NCBI GenBank assembly: GCA_011605725.1
Contig: JAAOZP010000007.1
Coordinates: 1 to 58,366 of the forward strand
DNA length: 58,366 nucleotides
Direction: 5' to 3'
DNA from: Nitrososphaerota archaeon
GTDB taxonomy: Archaea; Thermoproteota; EX4484-205; JAAOZP01
The position numbers and the translations under genes were made by a program. Under the pieces are notes generated by a model. That model made no database searches. It was not told where the DNA came from and was given only the letters and a program-made list of their open reading frames with translations. Position 1 is the stretch's first letter, and each line of letters opens with the position of its first letter. Below are positions 17,428 to 27,812 of the stretch, in pieces.

Positions 17428-20151
17428 CTATCTGGGAGGGGGAGGTGGTGGAGGAAGCGTTTGAACGTAAGCAGGCTTTCTTCTTCTCAATAGTAGCGCA
17501 ACCGTAACTATGACGATTAGGGCTAAGACGGCAATGTAGAGCCATACGGGTATGTTGACTGTGTATTTTGAAACAGGCGTCCTAGTCTCGTTTCCAGCGT
17601 TGTCCACCGCTTTAACATAGTACTGGACTTCTGTGAAAGGCATTTGAGAAGGTATTGAGCAAGCGTAGGCTCCTCCTTGAAAAGTCATGGCAACCTCCGT
17701 CCACGAGGAGCCTCCGTTTGTAGAATAGTATAGTTTAACCTCCTTAACGCCTGAAAGCGCGTCTGAAACCTGGCATGTTATTGTTGTCGATTCTCCGAAA
17801 ACAGGGTTTGATGATGTTGACAAGCCTGAGACCGCGGGGGGAGCAGTGTCGACAGTAAGCGTGAAGGAGCCGCTCCATGTTGCAGTGTTATCCACATTGT
17901 CAACAGCCTCAACGCTCCAAGTGTGAGAGCCTGCTGAAAGGCTTATCGTCTTAGAGTAGTCGCTGCCAGCAGTCATAGTGCCTTGGGAAACACCGTCGAC
18001 CATTAGCCTAACCTCCTTAACTCCTGATCCGGAGTCTTCAACCCTGACGATGAACCTTACTAGGGACGAGTTCAGAATAAGGCTCCCTGTGGGTGAAGCC
18101 CCGCTTATCACTGGTGGAGTTTTATCCAGAATAACGGGTATTGTTTTCTCAGCCTCACTGTTTCCAGCCTTGTCACTACTGCAGTAGCCTATTGTATGGG
18201 CGCCGTCGGCGAAGCTTGAAAGAGTGAAGCCTGCTGTGTAAGTGTTCCACGGGCCGCCGTCAACCCTATACTTGGTCTCTTTCACTCCACTTGCCTCGTC
18301 GCTTGCTGAAAGCTCGAACAGCGTGGAGCCTGAGACGAAGGTTGTCGCGCCGCTTAAATACTTCGGGGAACCGATTGTTACCGCTGTAACGGGCGGGGTT
18401 GTGTCTGGAATCACGTTCACCGTCGCGGTTGCGGAGGTTAAGCCTGTGGCTGAGGCTGTCAACGTCTGTCTTCCTCCTCTAACATCGTAGTAGTCAACCC
18501 TAACAGTGCTTGAGCCAGCTGGAATAGTGATGCTTGTTATCCTTCTTGCTGTTCCGAACTCCCTGAACTCGCCGTCAGGAGATGTTGTTGAAAGACTCAC
18601 GATTATGCTGGAGGTGTGGGTTGTTTCAAAATTGTTAGCGTCCCTGAGCGAAATGTTAATGTAGGAATAGGTTACTCCCGCAGCCATCGTGAAGCTTGAA
18701 GGCTCTATGAGGAGCTTAGCGGGTGGACCAGCCTTAACGTCGAAAAAGTTGCTCTCGCCGGTCTTCGGAGATACCAGTAAGCCTCCGCTGGTAGTTATCT
18801 TAATATTTTTCCCTATCTTGTTTATTATAACCATTCCGGTCCACTTCCCGTTTACAAAGGCGCCGGTTACGGTTGGGCTTATTGTTCCAGTTGTGTCTGA
18901 AAGCGAGTTCGACCCAGTATAGTCTGTCTTAACGTTTCCAAAAGCATCGTAAGCAGTAATCGTTATGGAGAACGGTACTGCAACCTGCTTCGGAGAGGAT
19001 ATTGTGTCGAAGGCGAAGCGTTCAAGCGGACCGGGTGTAACGGTCAACTGCTTTTTATCGTCACCATAGTTCGGCACTGCCACGAGAAAGCCTCCGCTCC
19101 AAGCCCAATACATATAGTCGTCCGTCCAAACCTGAATATTCCATGTCCCCGCCTTATCATCGTAATAGTAGAAATCCGCATGGTCTTGACCATTAGGTAT
19201 CGTAAGCTCGGTTATCTCCGCCCCACCCTGGGTTAGAGAAAACTTTTTGTTAGTCGAGGTGGAGGTTGAGCTAAGCCTAACCTTAAGGTCTCCGCGCGTC
19301 ACAGCCTCGTTATCCTTAGTCTTCCTGTAGACACTCATCTTAACCCATTTACCGGCTTCAAGCGTAGTGCTTTCAAGACTAAGCTCTAAATGCGGAGGAT
19401 AATACTTAACCTCAAGATATGGTCGTTTACTCGGGTCATCATATTCTTTCGACCTCATATAGAATCTAATCGTGGAGGGAGCTGACTCAGCGCTGTCTTT
19501 CAACATCCAACCGTAGTTCGGCACGTAGGTGTCTTTAGATGCAAACTTTACAACCGAACCTTTTACGTCTAAAATAAGCCAAACATTCGGATTAATGCCG
19601 ACTGTTACAGAGGTTACAAAAACATCTGCAGTAGGCTGATTGCTCCATTTGATCGTTGATTCAGACCAGTCGCTTCCGGTGACACGATAGACACTCATCG
19701 TCCTGCTTGAAGAAGGAGCCTCATACATGAATAGTTTAATGAAGGCAGAATCTATGACGGAGCCGGGAGGTATGTTGCTAAGATCGAACTTTATGAAACT
19801 ACGTCCATTTTTATCAGCTAGACTTTGAATGTACAGGTAATCAAGGTTGTCAGTCCTATTCGGGTCTCCCTCCCAAACAGAGGCATCATCAGTCGGTGGG
19901 AAAGTTCTGGAGAGCAGAATTGCCCCGTCTCCAGTCACTCTCGTAACGCAGGGTATTGTTGAGCATACGATTGTTATGATTGCTAAGAAGCCTAATAATA
20001 TTCCTGTTCTACTCAACGTTTTCCACGTTAAGGTTACTCTCCCTCGTGATATAAACTTTTTGTTTCGAATAACCATTTTGCTACTAGTTTCGACACGTAA
20101 TCGTAAGCTCCTCGTAATCTTCCGAGCGGCTAAGCAATCTCCTTCAACCAT
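17428..20151 (-). CDS. Large cell-surface protein: DNRLRE/CBM96-like domain, Ig-like repeats, C-terminal TM anchor and poly-Pro tail (true start probably downstream)
   Basis: RSFIKFDLSNIP..SA.IKL, W.E.TI.W.NQP, NYGWML, RPYLEV; DTTPP/DKTPP/DTAPP and A.D.AGN repeats; TM followed by RRRK and PPPPPPP. Confidence 0.8.
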   Translation of the reverse strand: MVEGDCLAARKITRSLRLRVETSSKMVIRNKKFISRGRVTLTWKTLSRTGILLGFLAIITIVCSTIPCVTRVTGDGAILLSRTFPPTDDASVWEGDPNRTDNLDYLYIQSLADKNGRSFIKFDLSNIPPGSVIDSAFIKLFMYEAPSSSRTMSVYRVTGSDWSESTIKWSNQPTADVFVTSVTVGINPNVWLILDVKGSVVKFASKDTYVPNYGWMLKDSAESAPSTIRFYMRSKEYDDPSKRPYLEVKYYPPHLELSLESTTLEAGKWVKMSVYRKTKDNEAVTRGDLKVRLSSTSTSTNKKFSLTQGGAEITELTIPNGQDHADFYYYDDKAGTWNIQVWTDDYMYWAWSGGFLVAVPNYGDDKKQLTVTPGPLERFAFDTISSPKQVAVPFSITITAYDAFGNVKTDYTGSNSLSDTTGTISPTVTGAFVNGKWTGMVIINKIGKNIKITTSGGLLVSPKTGESNFFDVKAGPPAKLLIEPSSFTMAAGVTYSYINISLRDANNFETTHTSSIIVSLSTTSPDGEFREFGTARRITSITIPAGSSTVRVDYYDVRGGRQTLTASATGLTSATATVNVIPDTTPPVTAVTIGSPKYLSGATTFVSGSTLFELSASDEASGVKETKYRVDGGPWNTYTAGFTLSSFADGAHTIGYCSSDKAGNSEAEKTIPVILDKTPPVISGASPTGSLILNSSLVRFIVRVEDSGSGVKEVRLMVDGVSQGTMTAGSDYSKTISLSAGSHTWSVEAVDNVDNTATWSGSFTLTVDTAPPAVSGLSTSSNPVFGESTTITCQVSDALSGVKEVKLYYSTNGGSSWTEVAMTFQGGAYACSIPSQMPFTEVQYYVKAVDNAGNETRTPVSKYTVNIPVWLYIAVLALIVIVTVALLLRRRKPAYVQTLPPPPPPPR

Positions 20152-20228
20152 TAGACTTTCTCAGAACCAGATCCTTCATTCCTTAGCTTGAAAAAGTTAA
20201 ATAACTCCTTGACGAGTCGAAAATCCAA

Positions 20229-23210
20229 ATGATAGATGAGAATAAGTTTAGAAAACCCGATTCAAAATTTAAGGGTGTTCCGTTCTGGTCTATAAACGAC
20301 CTTCTTACTGAGGACAGGGTTAAAAAGGAGGTTCAGCTATTAGGAGGGGCAGGGTACGGCGGCGCCTTCTTTCACGCTAGGGAGGGCCTCGTCACACCGT
20401 TCCTAGGCAAGGAGTGGTTCAACGCTTTCAGAGCTGCTGTTGAAGAGGCTGAGAGAAACAACATGTTCATATGGATTTACGACGAGCTCTGGTGGCCCTC
20501 AGGGTTCGCCGGGGGACTAGTTCCTTACTCAAGCTCAAAGCATAGGGCTAAAGCACTGGTCATGGCGATGGATACGCGGAACTATTTTGGAGAAGACGTT
20601 ATTGCGAGCTTCGAATGCGTGGCGGATGAAAACGGGGTTCCCAAAGATTTTAAAAGGGTCTTCGAGGAGAAGGCAGACTCGGGAAAACTCTACCTGACTT
20701 TCATAAGGTATGTTGCACCGCTGGGAGAAGCCTGGTATAATGCGACGTGTTACGTCGACCTGCTTGACCACGAGACTGTTAAGCAATTCCTAAACACGGC
20801 TTACAAGCCTTATGTCGATGTTTTCAGGAATCATATTGGGGGAACGGTTCCAGGGGTTTTCACTGATGAGCCGAACTTCTCCTCCAGCAGGCCGCCTCCG
20901 AGGCAAGCAATGCCTCCAAGGGGGCCGAGAATACCCCCGTTCTCAATACCATGGACAGACAGGCTTCCGGAGAAGTTCCGGGAGGTCAACGGGTATGATT
21001 TGATAGATCATCTTCCGAAGCTTTTCTTCGATTTTGGCGACTACATGAAGGTGCGGTATGACTTCTGGAGGACTGTCACCCTGCTTTTCCTAGAATCCTT
21101 CTCGAAACAAATATATGAGTGGTGCGACAATAATAGTCTAGAGTTCACTGGCCATTATTTGAGCGAGGATGATCTTCTCGGCCAAACAATCCGGATAGGT
21201 GCAGCCATGCCTCATTACGAGTATCAGCATGTTCCAGGAATAGACCACTTGGGGATGCATGTCTGGGGAAGCCTATTAACCGCTAAACAGGTTTCCTCCG
21301 TGGCTAATCAGCTTGGAAAAGAGAGGGTTCTTTGCGAAGTCTATGGTTGCACTGGGAATTACCCGTCATTCGAAGATAGGAAGTGGATTGGCGACTGGCT
21401 GATAACAATGGGTGTGAACCTGATGTGTCATCATCTTGTTCCGTATTCGATGAGAGGCAGGAGGAAAAGAGATTACGGGTTAAACTTTCACTGGGGGCAA
21501 CCATGGTGGGGTTACAACGAGTACATAGAGGATCATTTCTCTAGACTGTGCTACGTGCTTTCTAGGGGGAGGAGAATTGTAAAAGTGCTTGTTATCCATC
21601 CTATAGGAAGTGCCTGGGCAAGCTATTCTCCGCTAAACGATTCTAGACTAAAGACGCTGGATAATCAGCTTAAAGAATTACTAATGTCCCTTTTGAAGAT
21701 GCATGTTGACTTCGATCTTGGTGACGAAATCATTATGGAGAAACATGCGGTTGTCGAGGGCTCTAGTCTAAAGATCGGGCACTCTTCGTACGATGTTGTC
21801 GTCGTACCTCCTTGCTTAACGCTTTCACGAAGCACGGTTAAACTTTTAAAGGAGTTTAAAGACTCCGGGGGAGAACTGGTTTTCGTTAAACCGCTTCCAA
21901 GCCTGGTTGACGGGAAGCCGAGCATAGAGTTGACTAAGCTCATAGAGAGATGCTTGGTTAAAGAGGATGCTAGCGCAAAGTCTCTGAGCAGTATTCTACC
22001 GGATAGTCGTAAGCCTTTGAAAATAGATGGGGATGAGGATGGTTGTCTCCTCTATCATTTAAGGAGGGATGATTCGGGAGACATGACTCTATTCGTTTTC
22101 AACGCGAGCAGGGATAAGGCTGTGAACGCCAGAATCGGGCTGCCCGGTTCATACAGTATTAAGCTTTTAGATACTTTAAGCGGCTCCATATCGGAGTTTG
22201 AAGGCTACGTGGAGAACGGATGGACGTTTCTCGAGCACGTTTTTGAACCCGTCTCCTCGCTCCTGCTTGTCTTCTCGCCGGGGACGCCGAAAAACAGGGC
22301 TTCTAAACCTAGAAAAGCCTCGGAAATATTCTTGTCCAGAGGCTGGAAGGTTAAGCGAGTAGATCCTAACGTGCTGGTTTTAGACTATTGTAGGTACAGG
22401 ACTAGTGGCGATTGGAGCGAGAAAATGCCTCTTTGCAGGGCTAGAAAACAGATAGTTGCAGAGGGTGTTGGAACAAGGTTTACTTTAAAGTTCCAGTTTG
22501 AACTGGAGAAGCTCCCGTCAGGTGAAGGGATTAAGCTGGCAATGGAGACTCCACGCTTGTTCAGGATTAGGATAAACGGGAAAGACGTAGCATGGAGGGA
22601 TGAGGGAAACTGGGTTGACGACTGTCTCAGAATGACGAGTGTAACAGACTATTTGAAAGAAGGCTTAAACGAGATTGAGCTTGAGGGAACCGTAGGCATC
22701 GAGCCTGAGCTGGAGAACATGTTTCTAATCGGAGACTTCGGGGTTAAGCTTCCTGCTGGCGGAAACCCGGTGATTGTTGAAGAGCATGCCCCAGCTGAAA
22801 CCAGGGATCTGACTAAACACGGCTACCCGTTTTACGTCGGCTCTTTCGAATTGAGCAACGAGTTTCAATATGGTGAGAACCCCTGCGGGAAAAAGGTTAC
22901 CATAAGGCTAGACGGTTTAAAGGCTTCGCTTGCAATAGTCTATCTGAATGGTCAGGAGGCCGGTAGGGTTTTCATGCATCCGTTCACGCTGGATTTGACT
23001 AGGCTTGTGAGAAAGGGGAGTAACGAGCTTAAGATCAGGATCGTGGGGACTCTGAGAAACGCTTTCGGGCCGCTGCACTATGCTGGGGGAGACCCTCTCT
23101 ACATAGGGCCGGAGAGTTTTGAAGACGAGAGGCATTGGACAGACGAGTACGTGTTAAAACCCTTTGGACTAGAGAAGGCGGAAATAATTATTTACGAGGA
23201 AAATTCTTAA
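20229..23210 (+). CDS. Glycoside hydrolase, GH106 (alpha-L-rhamnosidase)-like, with C-terminal beta-sandwich domains
   Basis: PFWSIND, HAREGL, WIYDE..WPSGFAGG, FTDEP, PGIDHL, CEVYG. Confidence 0.8.
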   Translation: MIDENKFRKPDSKFKGVPFWSINDLLTEDRVKKEVQLLGGAGYGGAFFHAREGLVTPFLGKEWFNAFRAAVEEAERNNMFIWIYDELWWPSGFAGGLVPYSSSKHRAKALVMAMDTRNYFGEDVIASFECVADENGVPKDFKRVFEEKADSGKLYLTFIRYVAPLGEAWYNATCYVDLLDHETVKQFLNTAYKPYVDVFRNHIGGTVPGVFTDEPNFSSSRPPPRQAMPPRGPRIPPFSIPWTDRLPEKFREVNGYDLIDHLPKLFFDFGDYMKVRYDFWRTVTLLFLESFSKQIYEWCDNNSLEFTGHYLSEDDLLGQTIRIGAAMPHYEYQHVPGIDHLGMHVWGSLLTAKQVSSVANQLGKERVLCEVYGCTGNYPSFEDRKWIGDWLITMGVNLMCHHLVPYSMRGRRKRDYGLNFHWGQPWWGYNEYIEDHFSRLCYVLSRGRRIVKVLVIHPIGSAWASYSPLNDSRLKTLDNQLKELLMSLLKMHVDFDLGDEIIMEKHAVVEGSSLKIGHSSYDVVVVPPCLTLSRSTVKLLKEFKDSGGELVFVKPLPSLVDGKPSIELTKLIERCLVKEDASAKSLSSILPDSRKPLKIDGDEDGCLLYHLRRDDSGDMTLFVFNASRDKAVNARIGLPGSYSIKLLDTLSGSISEFEGYVENGWTFLEHVFEPVSSLLLVFSPGTPKNRASKPRKASEIFLSRGWKVKRVDPNVLVLDYCRYRTSGDWSEKMPLCRARKQIVAEGVGTRFTLKFQFELEKLPSGEGIKLAMETPRLFRIRINGKDVAWRDEGNWVDDCLRMTSVTDYLKEGLNEIELEGTVGIEPELENMFLIGDFGVKLPAGGNPVIVEEHAPAETRDLTKHGYPFYVGSFELSNEFQYGENPCGKKVTIRLDGLKASLAIVYLNGQEAGRVFMHPFTLDLTRLVRKGSNELKIRIVGTLRNAFGPLHYAGGDPLYIGPESFEDERHWTDEYVLKPFGLEKAEIIIYEENS

Positions 23211-23335
23211 CCGGAAATACTTGCTTAACGCTTTTTCTCGGCATTCTCAATCCAGCTGGACTCTAGAACGGAGTAGGATTCTAAATGGAAGGTTTAAAAA
23301 CCTCTTTAAAAACCTCCGTCCTGTTAAAACAGTTG

Positions 23336-24127
23336 TTGAACATAATTGTTCTCGTAAAGCAGGTTCCGGATATTGAGAGGGTGAAGTTCGACGTGGAGAC
23401 AGGCCGGATAGACAGGAGTTCAGCGCCGGCAGAGATAAACCCTTTTGACCTGAACGCTATAGAGGCGGCTGTACAGATTAAGGAGAAGATGGGGGGCTTC
23501 ATCACTGCTTTAAGCATGGGCCCCATGCAGGCTGTAAGCTCCCTGAGGGACGCTGTGGCCAGGGGTGTTGACGACGCGATTCTCCTCGAGGACAGGAGGT
23601 TCGCAGGAGCCGATACGCTAGCAACTTCCCATACGCTTGCAGCCGCTATCAGGAAGATCGGCTCCTACGATATTATTCTCTGCGGGGAGAAGACTGTAGA
23701 CGGTGACACGGGGCAGGTTGGCGCTGAGGTTGCTCAGCTGCTTGAAATACCACATATCTACTATGTTTCAAGAATTATCCGTGTTTCTGAAAACTCTATT
23801 ACAGTTGTATCGGAGGCTGAGAATGCTTCCTACACTTTAGAATCGGGTTTCCCCGTCTTGCTCAGCGTCACAAGGGATGTCAACAAGCCTAGGCTGCCTA
23901 CTTTAAAGAGCAAGATGAAGGCTATGAAAAGCGAGGTTAAAATCTGGCATGCGGAGGATTTGAGTGGTTTTCTCGACCTGGATAAGGCTGGCTACGCTGG
24001 TTCCCCAACCTGGGTTCAGAAAGTGATTGTTCAGAAGGAGAAGACTAGGCAGTGCAGGATCCACAGGCAGGTTGAAGACGGACTTCAGGAATTAATGCGT
24101 CTTTTAGAGGCTAAAGGGCTGGTTTAA
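23336..24127 (+). CDS. etfB: Electron transfer flavoprotein subunit beta
   Basis: IIVLVKQVPD, INPFD, GADTLAT, DGDTGQVG, GSPT; TTG start at 23336, about 25 nt after a TTTAAAA box. Confidence 0.93.
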   Translation: MNIIVLVKQVPDIERVKFDVETGRIDRSSAPAEINPFDLNAIEAAVQIKEKMGGFITALSMGPMQAVSSLRDAVARGVDDAILLEDRRFAGADTLATSHTLAAAIRKIGSYDIILCGEKTVDGDTGQVGAEVAQLLEIPHIYYVSRIIRVSENSITVVSEAENASYTLESGFPVLLSVTRDVNKPRLPTLKSKMKAMKSEVKIWHAEDLSGFLDLDKAGYAGSPTWVQKVIVQKEKTRQCRIHRQVEDGLQELMRLLEAKGLV

Positions 24128-24129
24128 AA

Positions 24130-25134
24130 ATGGGGGATAAGGCTCAGGGGAGAAAAATACTCGTGGTTGCGGAGCTCAGGGGGGAGACAATACATCCTGT
24201 TACTTTCGAGCTTCTCGGGAAAAGCAGAGAGATAGTGGAGCATACTGGTGGAGAGGTCTACAGCGTGGTTTTCGGAAGCAGCATAGATAAGGCTAAGGCT
24301 TCAGAACTAATACATTACGGTGCAGACAGGGTTTTCCTCTTCAAGGATCCTGTTTTCTCCGTTTTAAACCCGATGCTTTACGCGTATAACCTGGTGAAGC
24401 TTTGCAGGGAGGAGAAGCCAGACATAATCCTGATGGGAGCAACATGCTTCGGAAGGTCTCTGGGTCCAAGGGTTGCAGCCGCGCTTAAAACAGGTTTAAC
24501 AGCGGACTGTATAGATTTAAGGATTGATGAGAACGGTGAGCTGATACAGGTAAGGCCAGCATTCGTTGGAAACATCTTGGCACACATTAAGACTAAGACT
24601 AAACCAGTCATGTCCACAGTCCGTTACAGAGTTATGAAGGCCAGGGAGAAGGATGAGAGTAGAAGCGGGCTGATTATTGAAAAAACCGCTGAGAAGCTGT
24701 TTCAAGACAGGATCCGGCTTGTTGGGGAAGCAGTCCCAAAGAGGCTTAACATAACGGATGCTGAAATAATAGTTGCAGGCGGCAGAGGACTGGGTTCAGC
24801 GGAAGGATTTAAACTGCTAGGGGAGCTTGCCAGCCTGCTTGGAGGAGTGGTTGGCTCAAGCAGGCCGCCTGTGGATGACGGATGGATAAGGAAGGAGCAT
24901 CAAGTCGGTTATAGTGGGAGCATTGTTAAGCCTAGGCTGTACATTGCTTGCGGAATCTCGGGCTCACCGCAACACTTGTTCGGCATGAAGGATGCTGAAA
25001 CCATAGTGGCGATTAACAGTGATCCTTCAGCACCGATATTCAGGGTTGCTGACTACGGTATTGTTGGAGACCTTTATCAAGTCATACCCCTAATGATAAA
25101 AGAGATAAAAGCCAGGAGGAGTAGTGTTGGTTGA
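24130..25134 (+). CDS. etfA: Electron transfer flavoprotein subunit alpha
   Basis: GLTADC, AGGRG, QVGYSG..VKP, GISGSPQH, AINSDP. Confidence 0.93.
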   Translation: MGDKAQGRKILVVAELRGETIHPVTFELLGKSREIVEHTGGEVYSVVFGSSIDKAKASELIHYGADRVFLFKDPVFSVLNPMLYAYNLVKLCREEKPDIILMGATCFGRSLGPRVAAALKTGLTADCIDLRIDENGELIQVRPAFVGNILAHIKTKTKPVMSTVRYRVMKAREKDESRSGLIIEKTAEKLFQDRIRLVGEAVPKRLNITDAEIIVAGGRGLGSAEGFKLLGELASLLGGVVGSSRPPVDDGWIRKEHQVGYSGSIVKPRLYIACGISGSPQHLFGMKDAETIVAINSDPSAPIFRVADYGIVGDLYQVIPLMIKEIKARRSSVG

Positions 25135-26495
25135 TGGAGAGTCTAGTGGAGCAGCTTGAGGGAATCGTCGGCAGGGAGGCTGTGGTAAGCAGCAGGGAAA
25201 AGATGGAGAGCTACTTGTTCGACGAAACATGTATCCCTGTGAGGCCTTCCGCCGTACCAGACTGCATACTGGTTAAGCCTGTGAACAGCATGGAGGTTTC
25301 GAAAATCCTTAGGCTCGCTAACGAGAAAAAGGTTCCAGTATACCCTAGGGGGGGCGGAACAGGCCTCGTAGGAGGAGCTGTTCCAACTAGAAGCGGTATA
25401 ATCGTCTCTCTGGAAAGGATGAATCGGGTTGAAATAGACGTGGAAAACCTGATGGCTGTCGCTGAAGCAGGGGCGACACTGGGAGGGCTTTTGAAGGCTG
25501 CTGAGGAAGCAGGCCTCTCTTTCCCGCCTCATCCAGGGGACGAGGGTGCGCAGATAGGCGGCCTCGTAGCCTGCAACGCTGGTGGAGCCAGGGCTGTTAA
25601 GTACGGCGTTATGAGGAGCTTCGTAAAGGGCCTAGAGGTTGTTCTGCCAACTGGGGAAATCCTAACTCTCGGCGGCAAGCTTCTGAAAGACAACATGGGT
25701 TACAACTTGATGCATCTGATTATAGGCAGCGAGGGCACACTCGGTATAATAACTAAAGTTGTTTTAAGGCTTAATCCTAAGGCTCCATACTCTTTCACCC
25801 TGCTGCTCCCATTCAACTCGAGGCATGACGCTCTTAATACTGTTCCGAGAATACTGCGCTCCGGAGTAACTCCTCTCGCTCTGGAGTATGTCGAGAAAGA
25901 GTTGATGGAGCGGTCTGCTGAACACTTGGGTGAGAAATGGGTTTTCAACGGAAAAGTCTTTCTCATAGCGATACTGGCTGGGGAGGAGAACGTTGTATAC
26001 TCTGAAGCTGAAAAGCTTTCCCAGATATGTGTTGAGAATAATGGGCTCGAGCCTTCAGTGGCGGAGAGGAGGGATGAGCAGGAATCAATTTTGAGGATTA
26101 GAAGCAATATTTATACTGCTCTTAAACACGACTCCATGGATATTCTCGACACTACAGTCCCGCCATCTGAAGTTGGAAAGCTGGCTGACGCTATCGACGC
26201 TATTGCTGAGAATCATGACGCGTATATTCCTGTTTACGGCCATGCTGCAGACGGGAATGTTCACTCCCACATTATGAAGAGGGATGCTGAAAAATACGAG
26301 GTGTTGAAAAGAGAAATATACGAGGCTACGGTGAGCCTCGGGGGAACTATTACCGGAGAACATGGAGTTGGGAAAATAAGGGTTAAGGAGCTTTACAGGT
26401 TTACGCATCCGAAAAGCATCGAGCTTATGAAAGGAATAAAAAGGCTTTTCGACCCAAATAATATTCTAAACCCTTACACAGTGTTAGAGGTCTAG
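25131..26495 (+). CDS. FAD-linked 2-hydroxyacid dehydrogenase (GlcD/LctD D-lactate dehydrogenase family)
   Basis: PRGGGTG, NAGGARAVKYG, GSEGTLG, GHAADGNVH, TGEHGVG, DPNNILNP. Confidence 0.88.
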   Translation: MMESLVEQLEGIVGREAVVSSREKMESYLFDETCIPVRPSAVPDCILVKPVNSMEVSKILRLANEKKVPVYPRGGGTGLVGGAVPTRSGIIVSLERMNRVEIDVENLMAVAEAGATLGGLLKAAEEAGLSFPPHPGDEGAQIGGLVACNAGGARAVKYGVMRSFVKGLEVVLPTGEILTLGGKLLKDNMGYNLMHLIIGSEGTLGIITKVVLRLNPKAPYSFTLLLPFNSRHDALNTVPRILRSGVTPLALEYVEKELMERSAEHLGEKWVFNGKVFLIAILAGEENVVYSEAEKLSQICVENNGLEPSVAERRDEQESILRIRSNIYTALKHDSMDILDTTVPPSEVGKLADAIDAIAENHDAYIPVYGHAADGNVHSHIMKRDAEKYEVLKREIYEATVSLGGTITGEHGVGKIRVKELYRFTHPKSIELMKGIKRLFDPNNILNPYTVLEV

Positions 26496-26615
26496 CGGTC
26501 GACAGCGTGTGAAACATTAAGCATGTAGCGCATGCCCAGTTCCAGTATTAAATGATCATGCTACCGCACGGTATTCTGCTTTCACACGCGTTGAAACCGA
26601 TGTTTCAGCCAACAA

Positions 26616-27752
26616 CTATTTTTCCAACGGGATGCCCCCTATGAAAGTCGTTCTAACGCTGAAATCCTCCCTTATCGCAACCATGTCCGCATCCTTCCCC
26701 TCCTCTATGCTTCCCTTATGCTTTTCAACACCGAGCAGTCTAGCAGGATTGTACGATGCCACCTTAGCAACAGTGCTCAAACGCATGCCTGTAAACCTTA
26801 TAAAACGTTTAGCCAGCTCATTCATTCCTGCGGATGTTCCGATCAACATGCCATTCAAGTATCTCGCAGCACCTTCTGAAGATATGAATTCCACACCGTC
26901 GTAAACATACTTGCCATCAGGCAAGCCAGTCGACCTAACACCGTCCGTTATCAGTATGATTCTTTCTTCACCCAAAGCCTTCGTCGCGAACCTCAGCATG
27001 GACGGGTGGATGTGAACACCGTCAGGTATTATCTGCACCGTCACATCATTAGATTCTAATATGGCTAGCACAGGGCCAGGAGCCCTATGGTGAATAGGCG
27101 GCATAGCGTTGAAGAAATGGGTAACATGCTTAACTCCCATTCTTATAGCCTTCAGCGTCTGCTCATAGTCTGCTGAAGAATGCCCGAAGGAAACTATAAC
27201 ATTGTTTTCAACCAGAAGCCTTATTACTTCGTCAGAGCCCTCGAGCTCAGGAGCCACAGTCATCATCCTAAGCCAACCCCCGCATCTACCAATTATTTCC
27301 GAAAGGATTTTCACAGAGGGTTTGCAGACTGAGGATTCCTGAATCATCCCCCTCTTCTCCATCGAGATGAACGGGCCCTCCAAATGGAATCCTAGAAACC
27401 TCGCTCCCCTTAGGCCCTTAGAAGCTCCTTTCAACGCTTTCTCCAAATGCCTGTTCTCCAGCCCAGGCTTGTAAACAGTTGTTGCGAGAAAGCCAGTAAC
27501 CCCGCACCCGGCGCATGCTTCAGACACGATTCTAACTGCCTCCTCGTCTTCGTCAAGAATGTCGGCTCCCCCAGCCCCCTGTATGTGAACATCTATGAAG
27601 CCTGGGAGTAAAAAGTCTCCCTCTAAATCAATAATCTCACTGCCAGTGTAACCGTGAATCTTGCCTACCCTCTTTATCTTACCATGCTCGATCAGAACAT
27701 CCCCGAAGGATTCGCCCCACGGGTTGACAATCCTAGCGTTTTTAACCAGCAT
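26616..27752 (-). CDS. nagA: N-acetylglucosamine-6-phosphate deacetylase
   Basis: PGFIDVHIQG, HLEGPF, APE, GHS, THFFNAM, DGVHIHP, LITD. Confidence 0.9.
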   Translation of the reverse strand: MLVKNARIVNPWGESFGDVLIEHGKIKRVGKIHGYTGSEIIDLEGDFLLPGFIDVHIQGAGGADILDEDEEAVRIVSEACAGCGVTGFLATTVYKPGLENRHLEKALKGASKGLRGARFLGFHLEGPFISMEKRGMIQESSVCKPSVKILSEIIGRCGGWLRMMTVAPELEGSDEVIRLLVENNVIVSFGHSSADYEQTLKAIRMGVKHVTHFFNAMPPIHHRAPGPVLAILESNDVTVQIIPDGVHIHPSMLRFATKALGEERIILITDGVRSTGLPDGKYVYDGVEFISSEGAARYLNGMLIGTSAGMNELAKRFIRFTGMRLSTVAKVASYNPARLLGVEKHKGSIEEGKDADMVAIREDFSVRTTFIGGIPLEK

Positions 27753-27812
27753 CCCTCGGGCTCATGGCTTTTAAACTAATAAACCTTCTCTTCGAAGGCT
27801 AAACTCGTTTGG

